A stretch of DNA of 64,000 bases from an uncultured bacterium. Its GTDB lineage: Bacteria > Patescibacteriota > Minisyncoccia > UBA6257 > GWB1-50-10. This document shows positions 56,929 to 64,000 of this stretch, in pieces; positions within the stretch are counted from its first letter, which is position 1; every line of letters begins with the position of its first letter. Below the pieces are notes generated by a model. The model made no database searches. It had not been told where the DNA came from and saw only the letters and a list, made by a program, of their open reading frames with translations. Made by a program: the position numbers and the translations under genes. The stretch is taken from contig CAVYJB010000002.1 of the NCBI GenBank assembly GCA_963768835.1, forward strand, positions 72,230-136,229, read 5' to 3'.

Positions 56929-58611
56929 TTAAGAACGTTCGCCCTTCGGCCAGACAAGAGGTCCTGTTACATCTTCCACCTCCTTGAATGTCGTAATGCC
57001 CTGGAAAACCTTTAGGACGCCATCCTCCTGCATTGTAGTCATCCCTTGCTTGCGTGCCAAGTCCTTAAGCTCGATTTCGGTCGGATTTCGATAAATCGCC
57101 TGCTCTATAACGTCGCTTACCAGGAAAAGCTCAAAAATAGAAGTCCGTCCTCGGTATCCGATGCCGCCACACATCTCGCACCCCTTAGCTTCAAAAAGCG
57201 TTGCGTTTTTGAAATGACCAGCGTCTGCGCGGGATGGCAGCGAGGAGAGGAAAGTGCTGACGCGCCCCTCCCATTCCTTGGTTAGGGGGACGGGGACGCG
57301 GCAATGGGGGCAGAGGATTCGGACGAGTCGCTGAGCAATTACGAGAGAGAGGGCGGGGCCCAGGATTTGTGGCTTAGCGCCAAGATCCAGGAGGCGAGGG
57401 ATAGCTCCTACTGCGTCGTTTGTGTGAAGGGTGGAAAAAACGAGGTGGCCCGTGAGACTGGCATTCATAGCGATGTCGGCTGTTTCGGCATCCCGTATCT
57501 CACCAACAAGAATGACGTCCGGGTCCTGTCGGAGAATGGAGCGGAGGCCGTTCGCGAAGGTGTAGCCCGCCTCGGCATCAACCTGTGTCTGAGAAATACC
57601 GGCGATGTGATATTCGATCGGGTCTTCGACTGTGATGATTTTAATCTCAGGAGAAAATATGTTCTGAAGGAAAGCGTAAAGCGTGGTCGTTTTTCCGGAG
57701 CCAGTGGGGCCGGTGTTTAGGATAAGTCCGTTGGGTTCTCGGAGAACCTGTTTTACGATCTCGAGATCGTCGGGACGCCACCCCAAATCCTCAAGATTCA
57801 CCTTAAGAGCGTGTGGATCAAGGAGTCGAAGGACCACTGTTTCCCCATACTCGGAAGGAATAATAGAAGTCCTAACTTCAATGTCGCGATCGGAGAGCGA
57901 AACAGTGAAACGCCCATCCTGTGCTTGGTCGTGGATGTTAAGTTTCAGGTTTGAAAGAAGTTTGATGCGGGTAATGATTGAGTTATAGGCGTGCAAAGGG
58001 AGCTCATCTGTCGCTGAGTGGAGAACACCGTCCATACGAACGCGGAGCGCTCCGCTGGTCTCTCCAGGTTCTAGGTGAACATCGGATGCGGCGAGGGCGA
58101 TAGCTCCGCCGAGGACCACCTCGAGGAGTTCCGTAGTGAGAGGGCTTTTAAAGTCATGGATAGAACGTCGCAGATTGTCGAGTGTCCGAATCTCCTCCTG
58201 AAGTTTTGTTAGGCGCGCCTTATCAATCTCTATTCGGCCGCTGATCTCGTGGCTTTCCTTTCCTACGTACCGGTAGAAGGCCCACGCGTGCTCGAGCCCG
58301 CTCAAGGAACACACCGCCACCGTCACGGTATAGGTTTCCCCCAAGCGGTCAATGACCGCCTTAGTTTCCGGTCGATGTGGATCGAGCGCCGCAACAGTCA
58401 AATCCTTCCTCACGAGCTGGAGTGGCACCAAAAATGCTGCGCGCGCCTCTGCTTCTGGCACAAGCGCCATCGCCTTCAGTTCCGTGGGTACCTTAGCGGA
58501 GACGAGGTTTAGGTAGGGGAAACCAAGGCTGATAGCCCGACGCTCTGCATCGGCCTCCTCGGCCTGCCGGCGCTGCTGCCGCATCTTCTCGAGGAGCTCC
58601 TTGGTGTCCAT
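56929..58611 (-). CDS. pilB: Type IV pilus/T2SS assembly ATPase (PilB/GspE family)
   Basis: ASDVHLEP, QDGRF, TGPTGSGKTTTLY, EDPIEY, LRQDPD and STLHTN motifs; Cys4. Confidence 0.88.
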   Translation of the reverse strand: MDTKELLEKMRQQRRQAEEADAERRAISLGFPYLNLVSAKVPTELKAMALVPEAEARAAFLVPLQLVRKDLTVAALDPHRPETKAVIDRLGETYTVTVAVCSLSGLEHAWAFYRYVGKESHEISGRIEIDKARLTKLQEEIRTLDNLRRSIHDFKSPLTTELLEVVLGGAIALAASDVHLEPGETSGALRVRMDGVLHSATDELPLHAYNSIITRIKLLSNLKLNIHDQAQDGRFTVSLSDRDIEVRTSIIPSEYGETVVLRLLDPHALKVNLEDLGWRPDDLEIVKQVLREPNGLILNTGPTGSGKTTTLYAFLQNIFSPEIKIITVEDPIEYHIAGISQTQVDAEAGYTFANGLRSILRQDPDVILVGEIRDAETADIAMNASLTGHLVFSTLHTNDAVGAIPRLLDLGAKPQILGPALSLVIAQRLVRILCPHCRVPVPLTKEWEGRVSTFLSSLPSRADAGHFKNATLFEAKGCEMCGGIGYRGRTSIFELFLVSDVIEQAIYRNPTEIELKDLARKQGMTTMQEDGVLKVFQGITTFKEVEDVTGPLVWPKGERS

Positions 58612-58719
58612 TGGTAGCTCCAGTGTAGCGCGTTTCTTATCCACCAGCAAGGAAAATATTGATTTTTTCTCATGTGTCTTGCTGGCGCACCGGCCGGAAG
58701 AGGATACAATAAAAGACGC

Positions 58720-59577
58720 ATGATCATCTTGCTTCACGGCGAGGACTCGTATGGACGGGAGCGTAAGCTCAAAGACCTCGTCCGTGAATATCGTTCAAAA
58801 CACGTCGCAGCCGATCTTCTCTCCGCGGATCTCGATGATGATCCCGGGGCATGGGTCAAGGTCCGCGACTTTCTTTCACAACCATCACTCTTTGTAGACT
58901 CAAAGATTGCTGTGATCCGCGGGGGTGCTTCAGTAAACGAGAAAGGTTGGGCTGCGGCGCTACGGAGCGAGCTCGAAAGTGCGCGGACCTTCATTGTGAT
59001 TTCAGACCAGGGAACTCCTCTCAGGGCCCTCGCTTTTCTTCTTAAACCCCCCGTTCTTCAGCAAACATTCCCCTTGCTTGAAGGATCTACGTTGAGCACC
59101 TTTGTTCGGAAAGAGGCGGCCGTCCGGAAACTTGCGTTTGCGGGCGAGGGCCTTAGGTTTTTTCTAGAATACGTTACAGGCTACGATGCCGATCCGGGTG
59201 ATCCGAGAAAAAAACGAGGAATGGACAGGGGCTGGCTTATTATAAACGAGCTGGAAAAGGTAAGACTTGCAGGGTTCGAGGAACCGATTTCAGAGGAGGA
59301 CCTCCGAAGTCTTCTCCGATGGTCGGCAGATTCTGCGCTCTTCTCGATAGCTGGAAAGATTCTTCGTGGTTCGACTCCTGGAATGAAACTTATCAGTCTT
59401 GAGACGGCGCTCCGTCGTAATGACGCACCCCATGTCTTCAACCTCGTTTCGTATCAAGCCTCAGGCGCGCTGGCGACGTCACTAGCCCACTACGACATTT
59501 CTATCAAAAGCGGCGGCCTGGAATACGAGGAGGCGCTGACCAGTTTTGCGCTCCAGAACGGAACTCCCTCCGAATAA
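58720..59577 (+). CDS. holA: DNA polymerase III delta subunit
   Basis: MIILLHGEDSY, SLF, NELEK and D..IKSG motifs; convergent with rpsT. Confidence 0.75.
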   Translation: MIILLHGEDSYGRERKLKDLVREYRSKHVAADLLSADLDDDPGAWVKVRDFLSQPSLFVDSKIAVIRGGASVNEKGWAAALRSELESARTFIVISDQGTPLRALAFLLKPPVLQQTFPLLEGSTLSTFVRKEAAVRKLAFAGEGLRFFLEYVTGYDADPGDPRKKRGMDRGWLIINELEKVRLAGFEEPISEEDLRSLLRWSADSALFSIAGKILRGSTPGMKLISLETALRRNDAPHVFNLVSYQASGALATSLAHYDISIKSGGLEYEEALTSFALQNGTPSE

Positions 59578-59603
59578 AAAACCCGCCAATGCGGCGGGTT
59601 CTT
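59578..59603. terminator. Bidirectional terminator
   Basis: AACCCGCC-AATGC-GGCGGGTT between holA and rpsT. Confidence 0.7.
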
Positions 59604-59604
59604 A

Positions 59605-59865
59605 TTATTTCCGATTGAGCGATTTTGTAAGACGGGATTTCAGCCGATCTACTCTCCCGCGAGGAACAATCCCTGTTTTAGCGGCTTTATCGAGTGCTTT
59701 GTAAACTGCCGAAAGGTTTGCGCGCGCTTCATCTTGTTTGCCCGTGCTGGCAAGCCGGCGGAACTTCTTGAGCGTCGATTGAAGCCCCGCCCGCTGGGTG
59801 AGATTTCTCTTTCGCCGACGGACGTTCTGGCGAAGCGCCTTCTTGGCAGAGGTGGTTCGTGGCAT
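59605..59865 (-). CDS. rpsT: 30S ribosomal protein S20
   Basis: MPRTTSAKKALRQ...ALDKAAKTG...RLKSRL. Confidence 0.95.
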   Translation of the reverse strand: MPRTTSAKKALRQNVRRRKRNLTQRAGLQSTLKKFRRLASTGKQDEARANLSAVYKALDKAAKTGIVPRGRVDRLKSRLTKSLNRK

Positions 59866-59947
59866 GTTGGTCTCCATTAAAGCGCAAGGATGTCGCGGTG
59901 TCAAGAAATTTCACAAGATACTCGTTCTCCTATACTATGAAAGGGAA

Positions 59948-60529
59948 ATGCTCTATACGCTGACCGGCACACTCCGGGGAACTAGTGAAGGAGCCTTCGT
60001 TGTGGAGATAGGAGGCTTAGGTATTCGCATCCTCACGAACGGACGTACTCTTGAGCGGCTTCCCGGGGCTGGAGCGACGGTGACGCTCTACACGCGGCTT
60101 TATATCCGCGAGGATCAATGGGAGCTCTACGGTTTTCTTGAGGAACAGACCCTGAAGCTCTTCGAACTCCTGATCGGCGTTTCAAGCGTTGGACCCAAAA
60201 CCGCACTCGGTGTTCTCGAGAGCGACTCGGTTGAAAACCTCATCGCGGCTATTCTTGAGCGGCGCCCAGAGCTTCTCACTCGGGCGCCTGGCATCGGACG
60301 GAAGACTGCCGAACGAGTCATTCTCGAGCTTCAGAACAAAGTGCGTCTCGCGGGTGCAACCGCTCGGACTGAAGCGATGGATTTGAACGCGGAAGTTGAA
60401 GATGCGCTAGTCGGTTTGGGATATCGGCGCGCCGATGTGCGACGTGTCCTTGAAAAACTTGATTCTAAGGAAAAAACACTTGAAGAGAGGCTCCGAGCCG
60501 CGCTTCGCGCACTCGGCAACCGCACCTAA
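59948..60529 (+). CDS. ruvA: Holliday junction binding protein RuvA
   Basis: IRED..LYGF, VSSVGPKTAL, PGIGRKTAER and ALVGLGY motifs. Confidence 0.96.
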   Translation: MLYTLTGTLRGTSEGAFVVEIGGLGIRILTNGRTLERLPGAGATVTLYTRLYIREDQWELYGFLEEQTLKLFELLIGVSSVGPKTALGVLESDSVENLIAAILERRPELLTRAPGIGRKTAERVILELQNKVRLAGATARTEAMDLNAEVEDALVGLGYRRADVRRVLEKLDSKEKTLEERLRAALRALGNRT

Positions 60530-60530
60530 T

Positions 60531-61802
60531 ATGGCGTCGCTTCTCTCCTTCTACCATCTCCTCTGGGCCTTTTGGGGAAACTTGTGGTACGGCCGTCCGA
60601 GTCGGAAGCTCTTTGTGATTGGTGTGACTGGGACAAAAGGGAAATCGACGGTAGTCGAACTCATGAACACCATCCTCGAGGCGTCCGGGCGCTCTACCGC
60701 GGTCCTAAACTCGGTTCGTAGGAAGGTTGGTGACGAAGATTCCACGAACATGACCGGGAACTCGATGCCAGGGCATGCGCTCATCCAACGATTTCTCCGA
60801 GATGCCGTTCGGGCGCAGTGTTCATATGCGCTTGTCGAGGTAACGTCCGAAGGGGTTCTCCAGCACCGGCACCGCTTCATCGACTGGGATGCCGGGACGT
60901 TTCTAAACCTCGCTCCTGAGCACCTGGAACGGCACGGCTCCTTTGGGGCGTACCGGGCCGCAAAAGTGCGGTTTTTTAGCGATTTTGCCCGATCCGGAAA
61001 ACGTCGGAAGTACCTCTTTGTGAACGAACAGGACGCGAACCATCAGTACTTTGCGGATGCCGCTCGCGGTGTGCCTGGCGTTACCCTCACGTACTTCAGC
61101 CGAGAGCGCTTCGTAGCCGAAGAGCTTGGAGGACGGTACGACCTCCACTCGCTTGAAGGGAGGCGCATGGTAGGGGACTGGCTTACCGCGGATTTCAATC
61201 TTGAGAACGCTGCAGCCGCAGTCGCCCTCGCGAGAGTTCAGGGGATTGATTGGGATACTATCCGACGGGGCCTCGATAGCTTTCATGGGGTGCCCGGGCG
61301 CCTTGAATATGTACAAAAGAAGCCATTTGCAGCGATTGTTGATTACGCGCACACACCAGACTCGCTCGAGAAGATATACAGCGCCATCGAGATGAGCGTT
61401 CTTCAGGAAACAAAAGGCCACCTCATCGGTGTCCTTGGGTCTGCGGCCGGTGGTCGCGATACTTGGAAAAGGCCCGTGATGGGCCGCATTGCCGCAGAGC
61501 ATTGCGATTCGCTAATCCTTACAAACGAAGATCCGTTCGATGAGGATCCACGCGCGATCGTGGATGCGATCGCTTTGGGTTTTAAGGACGCTAAATCAAG
61601 GAAGCTGAGAGCAGGGAACATAGAGATCGTCCTCGACCGACGGGAGGCTGTTCGGCGAGCGATAAAACTCGCCCATCCGGGCGATGCGGTAATTGTGACA
61701 GGAAAAGGCAGCGAGCCCTATCTCCATCTTGCGGGAGGCGTGCGCGCTCCCTGGAGTGACCGACGCGTCGTTGAAGAAGCGCTTGCCGCGAGCGGGCAGT
61801 AG
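60531..61802 (+). CDS. murE: Mur ligase, MurE-type
   Basis: GVTGTKGKST, EVTSEG, PEHLERH, VDYAHTPDSL, EDP..ED and GKGSE motifs. Confidence 0.85.
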   Translation: MASLLSFYHLLWAFWGNLWYGRPSRKLFVIGVTGTKGKSTVVELMNTILEASGRSTAVLNSVRRKVGDEDSTNMTGNSMPGHALIQRFLRDAVRAQCSYALVEVTSEGVLQHRHRFIDWDAGTFLNLAPEHLERHGSFGAYRAAKVRFFSDFARSGKRRKYLFVNEQDANHQYFADAARGVPGVTLTYFSRERFVAEELGGRYDLHSLEGRRMVGDWLTADFNLENAAAAVALARVQGIDWDTIRRGLDSFHGVPGRLEYVQKKPFAAIVDYAHTPDSLEKIYSAIEMSVLQETKGHLIGVLGSAAGGRDTWKRPVMGRIAAEHCDSLILTNEDPFDEDPRAIVDAIALGFKDAKSRKLRAGNIEIVLDRREAVRRAIKLAHPGDAVIVTGKGSEPYLHLAGGVRAPWSDRRVVEEALAASGQ

Positions 61803-61835
61803 CGTACCGCAAAGAAAACGCCTATCCTTAGTTCC

Positions 61836-63197
61836 ATGGATATCCGACTTACCTTCCACGGCGGCGCACAGAGCGTTACTGGTTCCAACTATCTTTTGGA
61901 GGCGGACGGCACGAAAATCTTGATTGACTGCGGCATGCACCAAGGCTCGAGTTATTGTGAGGCGCATAACTTTGAACCTTTTCCTTACCAACCGAGAGAG
62001 ATTGCGGCAGTCTTCGTGACCCATGCCCACATTGACCACACGGGGCGCCTCCCGCAGCTTGTGAAATCCGGCTTTCAGGGGACAATCTACTCCACCCACC
62101 CCACAAAAGACATGGGGGAATTTCTGCTCCTCGACTCGGAACATATCATGCGGGAGGAAGCCGAACACAAGAAGACGCCACCCCTTTACACGGGACTCGA
62201 CGTGGAGAAAACGATGGCTGTCTGGCGCAAAATCGGGTACCACACGCCAGTCACCGTGGGCCCTTTTACGGTGGAGTTTTATGACGCAGGGCATATTCTA
62301 GGGTCGAGTTCGGCGGTTGTTCGCGTAGATGGAAAGACCATCGCATTTTCGGGAGACCTTGGAAACGTACCAAGTCTTTTCATAAAACCGACAGAATATA
62401 TTCCGGACGCGGACTACGCACTCGTGGAGTCAACCTATGGGAACCGAATTCACGAACGGGGAGATAAGCGCATTAACATTTTGGAGGACGTGGTTGAAGA
62501 AGCGATCCAGTCGAGAGGCGTACTTATGATTCCCGCCTTTGCGCTCGAACGAACACAGGAAATGATTTTTGAATTGAACGAACTCGTGAAGCACGGGAGT
62601 GTCCCCCGAGTCCCCGTTTTCGTTGACAGCCCGCTCGCCATCAGGCTTACGGGGGTTTACCAGAAGTACTCTGAGGATCCAGAGTACTTTAACGACGCCT
62701 CGATAAAGCTTGTTAAAAAAGGGGACCTTCTTTTCGATTTTCCGGGGCTTACTATGACGCTCACAACCGAGCAGTCGAAAGCGATCAACGATATTCCTCC
62801 GCCCAAGGTGGTAGTGGCGGGTGCCGGGATGTCTAATGCGGGACGCATCTTGCATCATGAGCGGCGCTATTTGCCGGATCCCGCCAGTACAATCCTCTTT
62901 GTCGGATATCAGGCGGGTGGAACTCTCGGAAGAATGATCCTCGATGGCGCATCCACCGTAAAGATGTTCGGTGAGACAGTACCAATCCGATGTCGCCGAC
63001 GGGCGATTGGTGGCTACTCCGCTCACGCGGACCAGCCGCAGCTCATGGCGTGGGTAAGTGCGATGCGGGAGCAGGTGAAACGCGTGTTCGTGGTGCAAGG
63101 CGAAGCGTCAGAAGCCGGGCCTCTGGCGCAACGGATACGGGACGAACTAGCCGTGAACGCACAAATTCCTTCCGCGGGTGAGAGCGTGGTGTTATAA
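61836..63197 (+). CDS. MBL/beta-CASP ribonuclease (YSH1/CPSF-like)
   Basis: THAHIDHTG, AGHILGS, ESTYG, PAFALERTQE and YSAHAD motifs. Confidence 0.92.
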   Translation: MDIRLTFHGGAQSVTGSNYLLEADGTKILIDCGMHQGSSYCEAHNFEPFPYQPREIAAVFVTHAHIDHTGRLPQLVKSGFQGTIYSTHPTKDMGEFLLLDSEHIMREEAEHKKTPPLYTGLDVEKTMAVWRKIGYHTPVTVGPFTVEFYDAGHILGSSSAVVRVDGKTIAFSGDLGNVPSLFIKPTEYIPDADYALVESTYGNRIHERGDKRINILEDVVEEAIQSRGVLMIPAFALERTQEMIFELNELVKHGSVPRVPVFVDSPLAIRLTGVYQKYSEDPEYFNDASIKLVKKGDLLFDFPGLTMTLTTEQSKAINDIPPPKVVVAGAGMSNAGRILHHERRYLPDPASTILFVGYQAGGTLGRMILDGASTVKMFGETVPIRCRRRAIGGYSAHADQPQLMAWVSAMREQVKRVFVVQGEASEAGPLAQRIRDELAVNAQIPSAGESVVL

Positions 63198-63204
63198 TTT
63201 AAGT

Positions 63205-63825
63205 ATGCCTATGAAAAAAATTCTCACGCCCAGGAATCACAGTAACCACAATCATCATCTTAAGTACAAAATCTGTGTCTCGGGCGCGGCAGAAACGGGG
63301 CACTGTGCGGCCGGCGCCCTTGAGAAAGCCGAAGCTGTCGGGCGAGCCATCGCGAACCAAGGGTCGGTTCTTCTGACGGGAGCAACGACCGGCGTTCCCT
63401 ACTGGTCGGCTAAGGGAGCAAAAGCAGAAGGTGGCATCGTGATCGGCCTTTCGCCGGCTTCCTCAAAACTTGCTCACCTAAAAACCTATCGCTTGCCTCT
63501 CGACTATCACGATCTCGTGATTTACACCGGTTTTGACTACGCCGGCAGAAATCTCCTTCTCACACGCTCTGCGGATGCGGTTATTGTTATCTGTGGACGC
63601 ATGGGCACCCTAAATGAATTCACGATTGCGTTTGAAGACCAAAAACCCATTGGTGTGCTTGAGGGTAGCGGAGGTCTCGCCGACCGTCTGAAAGAGCTTA
63701 TTGAACAATCCCACCGAGGTCCGGGGCGAGTGATCTTCGATGCCGATCCTGAAAAACTCGTTGCGCGACTTCTGGACCTTGTTGAAAACGAGGAGGAGAA
63801 GAACGGCGTAAAAGGTCGAATATAG
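63205..63825 (+). CDS. LOG/SLOG family protein (TIGR00725-like)
   Basis: TGATTG, IGLSP, GRNL and GRMGTLNEF motifs. Confidence 0.85.
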   Translation: MPMKKILTPRNHSNHNHHLKYKICVSGAAETGHCAAGALEKAEAVGRAIANQGSVLLTGATTGVPYWSAKGAKAEGGIVIGLSPASSKLAHLKTYRLPLDYHDLVIYTGFDYAGRNLLLTRSADAVIVICGRMGTLNEFTIAFEDQKPIGVLEGSGGLADRLKELIEQSHRGPGRVIFDADPEKLVARLLDLVENEEEKNGVKGRI

Positions 63826-63847
63826 ATAGAGATTCCTACGCTATACG

Positions 63848-64000
63848 ATGGCCATGTTCGATTTTCTAAGAAGGAAGAACACCACACCTAAGGCGTCCGG
63901 AAAACCTACAGGACCCGTGAAGGTGGGGAAACCCATCGGGGTGGTAACACACTACTTCGGTCACCTCTCGGTCGCCATTGTGAAATTCAGCCGTGCCGTT
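63848..64000 (+). CDS. Partial beta-barrel (translation-factor/U32 C-terminal-like) protein
   Basis: KPIGVVTHYFGHLSVAIVK motif; runs off the window. Confidence 0.6.
   Translation, partial: MAMFDFLRRKNTTPKASGKPTGPVKVGKPIGVVTHYFGHLSVAIVKFSRAV

Noticed and set aside
1-64000. Alternative genetic code (UGA=Gly)
   Set aside because: TGA terminates several genes at their expected ends (e.g. 1945, 6179, 39979), and core genes are full length under code 11.

Overview
The window appears to be the origin-proximal chromosome of a Patescibacteria (CPR, Parcubacteria-like) bacterium using genetic code 11. The taxonomy is inferred from gene content and order. Housekeeping genes include rpsA, gyrA (broken by what look like long-read indels), a xerC/D-type recombinase, rpsO-NYN-pnp, rsmA, jag-yidC-rnpA-rpmH-dnaA-oriC-dnaN, a class A PBP, ruvA/B/C, yebC, polA, tsaE, pilB, holA, rpsT and murE. 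There is also a VirB4/VirB6/PrgI/pilin T4SS-like cluster and several GT-C glycosyltransferases. The main finding is a 6.5-kb serine-integrase defence element inserted at the 3' end of tRNA-Leu(TAG) (12680-19157). It carries a complete 441-bp attP-like site internally, in inverted orientation. This divides it into two modules, each bounded by its own inverted repeat: integrase/C-protein/Shedu (157 bp) and GGCT/GmrSD-like nuclease (290 bp). Inverting module 1, or excising the element, would swap the integrase C-terminus from a tRNA-antisense-encoded tail to a different 14-aa tail. The second main finding is an unassigned ~165-nt structured RNA with its own sigma70 promoter between ruvB and pilB. 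All calls were made by eye and no database searches were run.
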